NCBI GenBank assembly: GCA_965262725.1
Contig: OZ253555.1
Coordinates: forward strand, 3,104,001-3,168,000
Source: Dehalococcoidia bacterium
GTDB taxonomy: Bacteria > Chloroflexota > Dehalococcoidia > UBA2979
Reading direction: 5' to 3'
DNA length: 64,000 bases
Position 1 is the first letter of the stretch; each line of letters begins with the position of its first letter. Both the position numbers and the translations under genes were made by a program. The notes below the pieces were generated by a model, which saw only the letters and a list, made by a program, of their open reading frames with translations, was not told where the DNA came from and did no database searches. This document shows positions 38,974 through 48,606 of the stretch, piece after piece.

Positions 38974-39099
38974 CGGCCACCTCCCGACGTCCGGCGCGGG
39001 CTCCCGCCCCGAATCACGGAGCCGCCCGCGGCGGAGTCCGTCCCCCCGCGCGCAGCCGGAGGGCGATACTACCGCACGGGCCGCGGCGCGTGGGGTCGG

Positions 39100-40365
39100 C
39101 TACGGCGCCCCGGCCGCGACCTGGGAGAGTGCGATCGCGAAGCGCCCGATCGCCTCGCGCAGGAGCTCCGGCGGATGCGCCGAGTAGACGAGGCGCAGCT
39201 GGCTCTCCCCCCGCTCCTCCGGCGGAGGCGCGCCGACGGGGAGCGCCCCGGGGTCCGGGTAGTAGCCCTCGCCGGGCGTCACCGCGACGCCCTTGCGCGC
39301 GGCGGCGGCGACCACGGCGGAGGCACGCAGCCCCCCGGCGAGGCGGAGCCAGTGGAAGAAGCCGCCGGCCGGGCTACGGAAGCGCACGTGCGCGCCGCAG
39401 AGTTCGGCGAGGGCACGGGCCGAGGCGTCGCGCCGCTCCCGGTAGAGCGCGCAGAGATCGGCCACGTGCGCGTCGTAGTGGCCGCCGGCCAGGTACTCAT
39501 GCACCGTCCTCTGCACGAAGGGCGAGGCGCCGTTGTCGAAGCGCATGAACGCGAGGCGCTCGACGATCGGCGGGTCGGCCGTGATCCAGCCGACCCGCAG
39601 CCCCGTCCCGATCGTCTTCGAGAAGGTGCCGACGCGCAGGATCCCGCGCCCCTCGGCCGCGGCGAAGAGGGGCGCGGGGGGAGGCCCGTCGAGGTCGATG
39701 CCGGTGTAGGCGTCGTCCTCGACGATCAGCGCGCCGTGCTCGCGGGCGAGCCGGACCAACTCTGTGCGCCGCTCCCACGGGAGCGTCGAGCCGCTCGGGT
39801 TGTCGTAGTTGGCGACCACGTAGAGGAGCTTGGCCGGCGTCCCGCCGGCCTCAAGGCGGCGCAGCGCGACGGCGAGCGCCGACGGCTCGATGCCGTCGGC
39901 GTCCTGCGGCACCGACGCGATCCGGGCGCCGCGCGCGCGGAAGGCGCGGACCGCTCCTGGGTAGGTGGGTGCCGGCGTGACCACAACGTCGTTCGGGCCC
40001 AGGAAGGTCGCCGCGATGTTGTCGATGGCGTGGGCCGAGCCCGAGGTCAGAGTGATGTGCCCGGACGTGAGCTCAACGCCCGTCTCAGCGGTCTGCCGCT
40101 CCGCGATCCACGCCCGCAGCGGCTCGTACCCGAGCGCGCCGCCGTAGGTAAGCGCCCCGGCCGGGTCGCGGTCGAGCGCGCGCAGCACGGCCTCGGCGAG
40201 CTCGCGGGCGGGAAGGCTCGCCGCGTCCGGGAGCCCGGCGTTGAGATCGAAGGGAAGCTCAGAGAGCGACGTCGGCGGGCGCAGCTCGCGCACGGCGGGG
40301 GCGAGCAGCCGCTCGATGAAGTCGGCTTCCCCCGCGCCCGGCCCGTCGTCGCTGCTGCTCGCCAT
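39100..40365 (-). CDS. Class I/II PLP-dependent aminotransferase (LysN/MocR-like)
   Basis: NYDNPSG, EDDAY, GTFSKT..GLRVGW, GGFF.W. Confidence 0.9.
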   Translation of the reverse strand: MASSSDDGPGAGEADFIERLLAPAVRELRPPTSLSELPFDLNAGLPDAASLPARELAEAVLRALDRDPAGALTYGGALGYEPLRAWIAERQTAETGVELTSGHITLTSGSAHAIDNIAATFLGPNDVVVTPAPTYPGAVRAFRARGARIASVPQDADGIEPSALAVALRRLEAGGTPAKLLYVVANYDNPSGSTLPWERRTELVRLAREHGALIVEDDAYTGIDLDGPPPAPLFAAAEGRGILRVGTFSKTIGTGLRVGWITADPPIVERLAFMRFDNGASPFVQRTVHEYLAGGHYDAHVADLCALYRERRDASARALAELCGAHVRFRSPAGGFFHWLRLAGGLRASAVVAAAARKGVAVTPGEGYYPDPGALPVGAPPPEERGESQLRLVYSAHPPELLREAIGRFAIALSQVAAGAP

Positions 40366-40459
40366 CGGGGCGGCAGCGTATCAGCCGCTCCCGCTGGCGG
40401 CATCGTCGGCAGCCGGTGCGCCTGCTATCGTCACGCCGCGTGCGGGGACGGGACGGTCG

Positions 40460-41266
40460 ATGACAGGCGCGGTGCCGCGAGCGGGCGAGACCGGGGGCGA
40501 CGTGCAACTCGTGCTCGAGAGCATCGCCGCGGGTGCCGCCACCATCCGCCTGAACCGGCCGGGCAAGCGCAACGCCGTCAACCGGGCGCTCGCGCTCGCG
40601 CTCCAGCAGGCGGTCGCGCGCGCCGACGCCGACGCCTCGATCGCAGCGATCGTGATCGCGGGCGCCCCGGGGATCTTCTCCGCCGGCGCGGACATGACCG
40701 AGGCGCTTGCGACCTACTCCGAGCACGGAGGGCAGCCGGGCGAGGCGATCGCGAACCCGCTCGGCGACGCCGCCCGGCGCATCCAGTACTCCCCGAAACC
40801 GACGATCGCGGCCATCGACGGCCCCGCCTACGGCGGCGGCGCCGTGCTCGCCCTCGCCTGCGACCTGAGACTCATCACCGGGCGCGGCCGCTTCCGCTTC
40901 CCCGGTGCCGAGAACGGCCTAATCGTCGCACCAGTCGCGCTGACGCGGCTGGTCGGGGCAGCCGTCGCCAAGGAGTTGCTCTTCAGTTCGCGCGTCGTCG
41001 AGGCGGAGGAGGCGGTACGGATCGGACTCGCGAACCGCCTCGTCGCCGAGGATGCCCTCGACGTCGAGGTCGCCGCGCTCACCGACGCGATCGCGCGCTC
41101 CTCTCCGCAGGCGATGGGCTGGCTCAAGCGCATCGTCGACGCCACCGCGAGCGGGGGGGACGCGCGAGCTCTCGAGGAGCAAGCCGACCGCATGACGCGC
41201 GGCTCCGCCGACAACCTGGAGCGCTTCCGGGCGGCCACGGAGCGCGTGACCGGCCGCGGCGGGTAG
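40460..41266 (+). CDS. Enoyl-CoA hydratase/isomerase family protein
   Basis: LNRPGKRNA, FSAGAD, PTIAAIDG.AYGGG..LALACD. Confidence 0.9.
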   Translation: MTGAVPRAGETGGDVQLVLESIAAGAATIRLNRPGKRNAVNRALALALQQAVARADADASIAAIVIAGAPGIFSAGADMTEALATYSEHGGQPGEAIANPLGDAARRIQYSPKPTIAAIDGPAYGGGAVLALACDLRLITGRGRFRFPGAENGLIVAPVALTRLVGAAVAKELLFSSRVVEAEEAVRIGLANRLVAEDALDVEVAALTDAIARSSPQAMGWLKRIVDATASGGDARALEEQADRMTRGSADNLERFRAATERVTGRGG

Positions 41267-41269
41267 AGC

Positions 41270-41797
41270 GTGGCGGCGCTCGGCCGAGGCGTGGAGGCCG
41301 AGGTCGTCGCGCGCGCGCGCGAAGCGGGCCTGCGACTCGCGACGGCGGAGTCGAGCACCGGCGGTCTGATCGGCCACCGCCTCGCCGCCGTGCCAGGCGC
41401 CTCGGCCGTGCTCGCTGGCGGGATCACCGCCTACGCCGATGGGGCGAAAGAGGCGCTGCTCGGCGTACCGGCGCGGCTGCTCGCCGAGCGGGGGGCCGTC
41501 TCCTCCGAGGTCGCCTCGGCGATGGCACGCGGGGCGCGGGATGCCTTCGGAGCGGCCATCGCGCTGGCGGAGACCGGGGTGGCGGGACCCGCCGCCAGCG
41601 AGGCGAAACCGGCCGGCCTCTACTACCTTGCCGCCCTCGGCCCGGGCTGCGAGCTCACCGAGCGCGCCCTCTTTGGTGGCGGGCGGCAGGAGAGGCAGTG
41701 GGCCGCCTCGGAGGCCGCGCTCCGACTCGCCCTCGTCTGCCTCGACGGGGCGGCATCCGCGGGCCCGGCGGCATCAGACCCGGCGACAGCGTCGTGA
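41270..41797 (+). CDS. CinA C-terminal / NMN amidohydrolase family protein
   Basis: ATAESSTGG, PGAS, GAVS.EVA..MA.G, TGVAGP. Confidence 0.88.
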   Translation: MAALGRGVEAEVVARAREAGLRLATAESSTGGLIGHRLAAVPGASAVLAGGITAYADGAKEALLGVPARLLAERGAVSSEVASAMARGARDAFGAAIALAETGVAGPAASEAKPAGLYYLAALGPGCELTERALFGGGRQERQWAASEAALRLALVCLDGAASAGPAASDPATAS

Positions 41798-41811
41798 CGG
41801 AGGGGGGAGGC

Positions 41812-44478
41812 GTGACCGAACGCGAGGGGGGTCTGCTCCCGGAGGTCTCCTGCGGCGGCCTGCTCGGGGTCGTGCGCGGCGGCGGGGCGGCCACAGACGG
41901 CCGGCACGCCTTCGCCCTCCCCGGCGACCGTCCGGTGTGGGGACGCGACCGGCCCTTCGCCGTCGAGCACATCGCGCTGGAGTTCTCCTTCGATCTCGCG
42001 CGCCGCGAACTGCACGGCGTCGCGACCACCACCTTCCGCCCGCGGGCCGCCGGGCTGCGCGAGGCCGTCTTCGACGCCCGGGAGCTCGACGTCGAGTCGG
42101 TGACCGACGGCACGGGTCGTGCCCTCCCGTTCCGCCTCGGCGAGCGCTCGCTCCACGTCGACCTCGGGCGTCCGCGATCTCCCCGTCGCCGCATCACGAC
42201 GGTGGTGCGCTACAGGGCGCGCCCGCGCCGCGGGCTCTACTTCAACGCCCCGGACCCCGACTATCCCGACAGGCCGCGGCAGATCTGGACCCAGGGACAG
42301 GCAGAGGACTCCGCCTACTACTTCCCCTGCTTCGACTACCCCGGTGAGAAGGCGACCTCCGAGCTCACGGCGACGGTGCCGGCCGGGTGGTTCGTGCTCT
42401 CCAACGGCCGCCTCGCCTCCCGCCGAGAGGATCGGCGCCGTCGCCGCGCCATCTACCACTGGCGCCAGGAGCGCCCGCACCCCGCCTACCTGGTGACGCT
42501 CGTCGCAGGTGAGCTGGTCTCCGTCGAGGAGAGCGCCCCTGGTGCCGGCCCCGGCGGCTCGGAGGTCCCGGTCTCCTACCACGGCCCCGCGGGGAGCCGG
42601 CCGGCGCTGAGGCGCGCCTTCGGCCGTACGCCAGCGATGGTGCGCTTCTTCGCCGAGAGGATCGGCACGCCCTACCCGTGGCCGAAATACGACACGGTGG
42701 CCGTCTCGGACTTCATTTTCGGCGGGATGGAGAACACCTCGGCGACGACGATGACCGACGTGCTGCTCCACGACGCGCGGGCACACGAGGATCTCGCGGA
42801 GCTCTGCGACTCGATCACGGCACACGAACTCGCCCACCAGTGGTTCGGCGACCTCCTGACCTGCCGCGAGTGGTCGCACGGCTGGCTCAACGAGAGCTTC
42901 GCGACCTACTTTGACTCGCTGTGGGTGGAGCACGCACGGGGGTGGGACGCCTTCCGCCACGATCTTCGGGAGAAGGCGAAGGCGTACTTCAGCGAGGACG
43001 CTCAGAGCTACCGCCGCCCGCTGGTCCAGAACGTCTTCACCGAGCCCATCGACATCTTCGACCGACACCTCTACGAGCGGGGCGCCCAGGTGCTCGACAT
43101 GCTCCGCTACGTGCTGGGGGACGATCTCTGGTGGCGCGCGATCGCCCACTACGTCTCGAGCCACCGCGAGCGGAACGTGCTCACACACGACCTCCAGAGG
43201 GCCGTGGAGGAGGCGACGGGGCGCAACCTCGACTGGTTCTTCGACCAGTGGGTCTGGAAGGGCGGACACCCCGAGCTGCGGGCGACCTACTCTTGGGACG
43301 CTGAGCATCAGCTCGCGACGGTGCGGGTCGCGCAAGAGCAGAGGGTCGACGGCGACCCGCTCACCTCGATCTACCGCATGCCCCTCGAGATCGCCTTCCG
43401 CACGGAGCAGGGGCTCCGCACCATCCGCGTCGAGGTCTCCGAACTCTCGCACTCCTTTGTCTTCCCGCTCGACGGCGAGCCGCGCTGGGTCGCGATCGAC
43501 CCGGCGAACCGCGTGCTGAAGAAGCTCGTGTTCGAGCCGGGGGAGGCGCAGCTTCGCGCGAGGCTCGCCGAGGACCGCGAGGCGGTGGGGCGCATCGAGG
43601 CGGCAGAGGGGCTGGCGGCGGTCGGCTCCCCGCGAGCCGTCGAGGCGCTCGCCTCGGCGCTCGCGTCGGAGAGCGAGAACGATCTCGTCCGCGCCTCCGT
43701 CGCGACCGCGCTCGGCACGGTGCGCGCGGAGGCCGCGCGCAATGCGCTCATCGCCGCGCTCGACTCCCCGTCGGCGCGTGTACGCCGTGCGGCGGCGCGC
43801 GCGCTCGGCGAGAACCGGGACGAGGCGACGGCGCGGGCGCTCGCCGGGCGGCTGCGCGGGCGCGGCGACCGCTCGTACTACGTGCAGGCGGCGGCCGCCG
43901 CCGCGCTGGGCGCGACCAGGCAGCCCTCCTGCTTCCAAGCACTCCGCCGCGTGCTGGAGCGTCCGGCCCACAACGACGTCATCACCGCGGGCGCGCTGAC
44001 CGGCCTCGGTGCGCTGCGCGATCCGCGCGCCCTCGAGACGTTGATGGCCTACACCGCCCGGGGCCGCCACCCGAACGCGCGGCGGGCGGCCGCGGCGGCG
44101 CTCGGGCGGCTGGCACCGTTCACCGACGAGGGTCCGCGCGCCCGGGCGCGCGAGCGGCTGATCGAGCTTCTCGACGACGGGGAGCTGCGTGTTCAGCTTC
44201 AGGCGGCCGCTGCCCTGACCGATCTCGGCGATGCGCGCGCCGTGCCGGCGCTCCACCGGGTGTCCGGGCGCGCGCTCGACGGCCGGTTCCGCCGCGCCTG
44301 CCGCGTCGCCGCCCGCGACCTCGCCGAACGCTCCGACAAGGGCGATCAGGTGCGCGCGCTCACCGACGAGGTGGAGAAGCTCAGACAGCGCAACGACGCG
44401 CTGCGCGACCGCCTGGATGCGATGGAGGCCCGCCTCGGCGTCGAGGGCGCAGCAACCACTGCGCCCTCGACGCCATAG
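41812..44478 (+). CDS. pepN: M1 aminopeptidase with C-terminal HEAT repeats and coiled coil
   Basis: FPCFD.P..K, GGMEN, HELAHQWFG..WLNESFA, Y.RG; HEAT-like tail. Confidence 0.92.
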   Translation: MTEREGGLLPEVSCGGLLGVVRGGGAATDGRHAFALPGDRPVWGRDRPFAVEHIALEFSFDLARRELHGVATTTFRPRAAGLREAVFDARELDVESVTDGTGRALPFRLGERSLHVDLGRPRSPRRRITTVVRYRARPRRGLYFNAPDPDYPDRPRQIWTQGQAEDSAYYFPCFDYPGEKATSELTATVPAGWFVLSNGRLASRREDRRRRRAIYHWRQERPHPAYLVTLVAGELVSVEESAPGAGPGGSEVPVSYHGPAGSRPALRRAFGRTPAMVRFFAERIGTPYPWPKYDTVAVSDFIFGGMENTSATTMTDVLLHDARAHEDLAELCDSITAHELAHQWFGDLLTCREWSHGWLNESFATYFDSLWVEHARGWDAFRHDLREKAKAYFSEDAQSYRRPLVQNVFTEPIDIFDRHLYERGAQVLDMLRYVLGDDLWWRAIAHYVSSHRERNVLTHDLQRAVEEATGRNLDWFFDQWVWKGGHPELRATYSWDAEHQLATVRVAQEQRVDGDPLTSIYRMPLEIAFRTEQGLRTIRVEVSELSHSFVFPLDGEPRWVAIDPANRVLKKLVFEPGEAQLRARLAEDREAVGRIEAAEGLAAVGSPRAVEALASALASESENDLVRASVATALGTVRAEAARNALIAALDSPSARVRRAAARALGENRDEATARALAGRLRGRGDRSYYVQAAAAAALGATRQPSCFQALRRVLERPAHNDVITAGALTGLGALRDPRALETLMAYTARGRHPNARRAAAAALGRLAPFTDEGPRARARERLIELLDDGELRVQLQAAAALTDLGDARAVPALHRVSGRALDGRFRRACRVAARDLAERSDKGDQVRALTDEVEKLRQRNDALRDRLDAMEARLGVEGAATTAPSTP

Positions 44479-44607
44479 GACGGCCTCCGTAGAGTAGGGG
44501 TGGCGCCCGCTGCGCGGGCGCCACCCACGGCCCGGTCACGGAGGCGAACGGCCCCGGGGCGCAGCACGGGCGGCGCGGCGACCTGCAACGCGAGTGGAAG
44601 GCACGGC

Positions 44608-45057
44608 GTGCGAAAGCTGAACATCTTCTTCGATGTCGACAACACGCTGCTGATGTGGGACGGCTCGCTGCGCAACCACACGCGCGAGGTCTTCCAGCGG
44701 ATCCTCGACCAGGAGCACCGAATCTACATCTGGTCGGGGGTCGGCATCCGGCGCTGGGAGATGGAGGTGAACAAGCTCGATCACTTCGTGAGCGACTACT
44801 TCATCAAGCCGCTCTACGATCACCGCGCGCGTCTGCCGAAGCTCGGCGTGACCGTGGAGCCCGACTTCGTGATTGACGACCACCGCTCGGTCGTCGAGGT
44901 CTTCGGCGGCTACCACATCCCCGATGTCGCGACTCCGGACGACGAGGAGCTGCTGCGCGTCGCCGAGGCTATCGAGGCGCGGGCGCGCGGGGACGCCGAC
45001 GGGGAATCACCCCGGCTGCTCACCTCCGACGGTCAGCCCTCCACCGTCCGGGGCTGA
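44608..45057 (+). CDS. Small HAD-superfamily hydrolase
   Basis: FFDVDNTL (DxD), WSG, KP and PDFVIDD motifs; GTG start inferred. Confidence 0.75.
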   Translation: MRKLNIFFDVDNTLLMWDGSLRNHTREVFQRILDQEHRIYIWSGVGIRRWEMEVNKLDHFVSDYFIKPLYDHRARLPKLGVTVEPDFVIDDHRSVVEVFGGYHIPDVATPDDEELLRVAEAIEARARGDADGESPRLLTSDGQPSTVRG

Positions 45058-45121
45058 TCTGCGGGCTCCCCCCACAGACGCGTGTGGCGTGTGGATGTCT
45101 GGGCCGGGCCGGATGCGCGCC

Positions 45122-45886
45122 TCAGCCCGCGTCCTGCGCCACGGCGCCCCAGAGCAGGAGCGCGACGCGGTTCCGCTCTAGCATCGAAGCGGCGGAAGCC
45201 GCTGGCGCGCCCACGTCTCCGGCATCGTCGAGCTGCGCGAGCGCGAGGCGCGAGCGACTGTCGTCCCGCAGACGCAGCAAGGGCTCCACGATCGTCCAAA
45301 TCGAGACGCCGCCGCGGCGGGTGGGATCGACGCTCACGTAGGTCGTCCAGTCCAGGGCGCGTTCGCGCATGTCGTAGTGCGAGAAGAGCCGGTACTCGGG
45401 ATCCCAGCGGTTCGCGTCGCGGTAGCACTCGGCGTCCCACTCGATGGGGAGCGGTCGGTCGGTGATCGAGAGCGGATCGAGCGCAACGAGCCAGAGCGAG
45501 ACGGCAAGCGCGAGCGGAGTCTGCCCGTAGTGGCCCCCCGTCGAGGCCGTCCACGAGAGCCCGTACGCGTCGCACATCGCGCGCATGACGCGCTCGTCGA
45601 TGGAGAGGCCCGCCGCCAGCATGAGCCGCGTCGCCAGCAAGTGGCCCACGAAACGCGCCTCCTCGTCCGACGAGGTGCGCTCCCCGGTCGGCAACGTGAA
45701 GGACGCCACCCGATCGGGACCGAAGCAGGCGAACGTGTGGCGCAGCCCGCAGTCGCGACCGGGCGCTCCGGGAGCACCTTGCGTGGCGAGTAGCAGGTCT
45801 AGATCCGAGGGGTCGGCGACCACCCCCTCGTCGCGCGCTCGCGGCCAGAGCCGCAAGATGAGGTCGATGATCGGCGCGCCAGCCAC
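45122..45886 (-). CDS. Hypothetical protein
   Basis: 254-aa ORF with protein-like composition and GC3 bias; no recognised motif. Confidence 0.7.
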   Translation of the reverse strand: MAGAPIIDLILRLWPRARDEGVVADPSDLDLLLATQGAPGAPGRDCGLRHTFACFGPDRVASFTLPTGERTSSDEEARFVGHLLATRLMLAAGLSIDERVMRAMCDAYGLSWTASTGGHYGQTPLALAVSLWLVALDPLSITDRPLPIEWDAECYRDANRWDPEYRLFSHYDMRERALDWTTYVSVDPTRRGGVSIWTIVEPLLRLRDDSRSRLALAQLDDAGDVGAPAASAASMLERNRVALLLWGAVAQDAG

Positions 45887-46025
45887 GTCACGGACGCTAC
45901 CGAGCGGCTCATCCCGTTGTCAACGCGAGCGGGAGGCCCGTGCGGTCGGACGGGTATCCCCCCCGGATCCCCGCACCAGAGCGCCCTCTGCCCGTCGCCG
46001 GTCGGCCCGCCTAGGCGCCGTTTCC

Positions 46026-46823
46026 GTGGGGGCGCGACTCGCCGGCGCCTCTCTCCTCGTCCTCCTGATCACCGCCTGCGGAGGCGGCGCGCCAGTGGCC
46101 GACCCCACCGCTCGGTCGACTGCCGCCGTCGGTGACCCGGCCGCCGCGGCGGCGACTCGCCCGCCCACCGTCGTGCCGTCTCCCACCGACACGCCCACCG
46201 CCGTGCCCGCGCCCACCGTCACACCCACGCCCACGCCCACCGCCGTGCCCGCGCCCACCGTCACGCCCACGCCCACGCCCACCGCCGTGCCCGCGCCCAC
46301 CGTCACGCCCACGCCCACGCCCACCGCGGCGCCCACGCCCACCGCGGCACCCGCTCCCCCGGCCAGCCCGATCGCGACGGCGACGGAGGAGCCAAAGCCA
46401 GCGGAGCGGGTCGCCTCCACGGCGTCGATTCCGACGGCCGAGCTCCCTCGCCTCGAGTTCGTGCGAGCGGACGGCCATGCTGTCTCGCTCGCGGTCGAGA
46501 TCCCGCCGCGCAGCGAATACGGCATCGGGCTCTCCGGCCGCTACGAGCTGGACGAACGCGGGATGCTGTTCCACTACCCGGAGGGGACGAGCATGACCGG
46601 CTTCTACATGCGGAACACGCACATCGATCTCTCGATCGCCTTCGTCGGCCTCAGCGATCGCGTCATCGCCGTCCGCGAGATGGAGGCGGAGAGCCTCGAG
46701 ATCGTGCGGCCGGGCGATGCCTACCGCTTTGCGATCGAGGCGCCGTCGGGCTGGTACGCCGAGCATGGGATCAGCGAGGGGGCACTCCTGCGGCTCCCGT
46801 CGGACATCGTCCTGCCGGAGTAG
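46026..46823 (+). CDS. DUF192-domain lipoprotein with Pro/Thr-rich linker
   Basis: Lipobox ITAC; GLSGR..L..RGMLF, FYMRNT.IDLSIAF, AIEA..GW; start approximate. Confidence 0.8.
   Translation: MGARLAGASLLVLLITACGGGAPVADPTARSTAAVGDPAAAAATRPPTVVPSPTDTPTAVPAPTVTPTPTPTAVPAPTVTPTPTPTAVPAPTVTPTPTPTAAPTPTAAPAPPASPIATATEEPKPAERVASTASIPTAELPRLEFVRADGHAVSLAVEIPPRSEYGIGLSGRYELDERGMLFHYPEGTSMTGFYMRNTHIDLSIAFVGLSDRVIAVREMEAESLEIVRPGDAYRFAIEAPSGWYAEHGISEGALLRLPSDIVLPE
46191..46316 (+). repeat. Three tandem 42-bp coding repeats (TPTAVPAPTVTPTP)
   Basis: Direct reading of acgcccaccgccgtgcccgcgcccaccgtcac(a/g)cccacgccc x3. Confidence 0.85.
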
Positions 46824-46888
46824 TGCCGGCGGCACCGCGCCACCGGCGCGCATGGCGCGGCCCTGGACGTGTCAGCCGCTGAAGCGAC

Positions 46889-47419
46889 CTAGTACCAGTC
46901 GCGCTCGATCACGCGGCCAGCGTGATGGGCGAGAGGCCACAGTAGCCGCTCGTCGTCGTCATCGAAGGGCCGTCCGTCCTCGCGATCCGTGACGTAGAGC
47001 GCGCCGCGCACGGAACTCCCGGCCCACAGCGGGAGCCCGAGCAGCGAGCGCATCGCGGGGTGGCCGGGCGGGAAGCCGAAGGATCGCGCGTGCTCCGAGA
47101 CGTCGTCGAATCGCACGGCCCGGCCGTCCGCGCGCAGCGAGTTGAGAGAGCCGTGGCCCTGCGGCGGCGCCCTGAGCCGCCGCAGCACGTCCGGCGAGAG
47201 TCCGGAGGCGAAGAAGCCGATGGTGCGCTCGCCCGCGTCGGTGACAGCGAGTGCTCCGTAGCGGGCGCGAGCAAGCTCGCGGGCGAGCCCGGCGACGAGA
47301 TCGAGCGAGGCATCGGGGGGCGGGCGCGGCGGGAGGCGGCGCAGCTCGCGGGCAAGCGCTCGGAGCGCCCGGGCCTCGGGATCCTGGCCGGGCGCCGCCG
47401 CCGGCAGTCGGGGCCTCAC
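46889..47419 (-). CDS. Stand-alone GAF-domain protein
   Basis: ARYGALAV, H..SFGFPPGHPAMRSLLG.P, G.LYVTD..DG.PF.DDDE (DosS-type GAF); GTGA overlap with the upstream ATPase. Confidence 0.7.
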   Translation of the reverse strand: MRPRLPAAAPGQDPEARALRALARELRRLPPRPPPDASLDLVAGLARELARARYGALAVTDAGERTIGFFASGLSPDVLRRLRAPPQGHGSLNSLRADGRAVRFDDVSEHARSFGFPPGHPAMRSLLGLPLWAGSSVRGALYVTDREDGRPFDDDDERLLWPLAHHAGRVIERDWY

Positions 47420-48606
47420 GACGGTCCCCCAGGCGGCGCGATGGCCGCGCCCGTCGGCCCCACCAGCCGCAACGACTCCGGGCGGACGGCGATCGCCAGG
47501 CGGCCCCCGGGGGACGGGGGTCGCGGCTCCCCCTCCCAGCGCACGCGGATGCTGCGCGGCGGGCCCGGGGCGGCCCCGTCCCGGCCGGCGAGCCCGAGCG
47601 CGAGTTCGACGCGGACGAGAGGGCCCTCCGGGAGCACGCGGCGCACCTCCCCCACGACCCCGCAACCGCGGGAGGAGTCCACGGGGACGCCGAGCAGGCT
47701 CGCGGGGTGCGCCAGCATGCGCAGCGGGCGGGCGGACGGCGCAGGGCCGGCAGCGGCCGCGGCGGCGTCCCGGAGCGCCGGTGGGATCTCGACCTCGCCG
47801 GCGCCCTCCTCGACGATCGCGAGCCCTCCATCCGGACGGGCCACCGCTACGCCCGCGACGAGCGTCACGTAGCCGAGCATCTCCGCCGCGCGCAGCGTGG
47901 TCGGCCCGGCCAGGACCGCGGCCAGGGGCCCCGCCTGCAGGAGCCGCCCCGCCTCCATCACCAGCAGGTCGTCCGCGATCTCGACGGCGTCGCGCAGGTC
48001 GTGCGAGACCAGAAGCGAGGTCGTCCCCAGCCGGCCGAGCAGCTCGCGGACCGTCGGACGCAGCTGCGTCTTGAGTGGCTCGTCGAGCGAACCCAGGGGC
48101 TCGTCGAGGAGGAGCACCGCGGGCTCGGGAGCAACGGCGCGCGCGAGTGCCACCCGCTGGCGCTCGCCGCCGGAGAGCTCGTGCACTCGGCGCCCGCCGA
48201 GACCGTCGAGCTCGAAGAGCCGCAGCAGCTCGGCGACGCGCCCACGGCGGCGCGCCCCGGGCCAGCGCGCCATGCGCAGCCCGAAGTCGACGTTCGCCGC
48301 CGCGTCGAGGTGAGGGAAGAGCGCGAGATCCTGGAAGACGAGCCCGACCCCCCGCCGATGGGGCGGCGACGCCAGTACCGACTCGCCACCCAGCAGGATG
48401 TCGCCCCCGTCCGGCGCGTCGAGTCCCGCGACCAACCGCAGGAGCGTCGTCTTGCCGCAACCGGAGGGACCCAGTAGAGCGGCAATGCGGCCATCCCCCA
48501 CCTCGAAGTCGATGCTCCCGAGGGCGAAGGGCCTGCCCGGGCCGTCCCCGTCGCCTCCGCCCCGACCGTACGAGCGCGTGAGCGAGCGGACCGTCAGCGT
48601 CGCCAT
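47416..48606 (-). CDS. ABC transporter ATP-binding subunit (ThiQ-like)
   Basis: GPSGCGKT, FQD.ALFPH, LSGGERQRVALARA, LLLDEP. Confidence 0.88.
   Translation of the reverse strand: MATLTVRSLTRSYGRGGGDGDGPGRPFALGSIDFEVGDGRIAALLGPSGCGKTTLLRLVAGLDAPDGGDILLGGESVLASPPHRRGVGLVFQDLALFPHLDAAANVDFGLRMARWPGARRRGRVAELLRLFELDGLGGRRVHELSGGERQRVALARAVAPEPAVLLLDEPLGSLDEPLKTQLRPTVRELLGRLGTTSLLVSHDLRDAVEIADDLLVMEAGRLLQAGPLAAVLAGPTTLRAAEMLGYVTLVAGVAVARPDGGLAIVEEGAGEVEIPPALRDAAAAAAGPAPSARPLRMLAHPASLLGVPVDSSRGCGVVGEVRRVLPEGPLVRVELALGLAGRDGAAPGPPRSIRVRWEGEPRPPSPGGRLAIAVRPESLRLVGPTGAAIAPPGGPS

Noticed and set aside
38884-41811. 1864-aa giant ORF
   Set aside because: The N-terminal ~975 codons are a GC-rich shadow frame overlapping real genes; the aminopeptidase starts at about 41812.
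46191-46340. Tandem repeats as a CRISPR array
   Set aside because: There are no unique spacers; these are in-frame Pro/Thr coding repeats.
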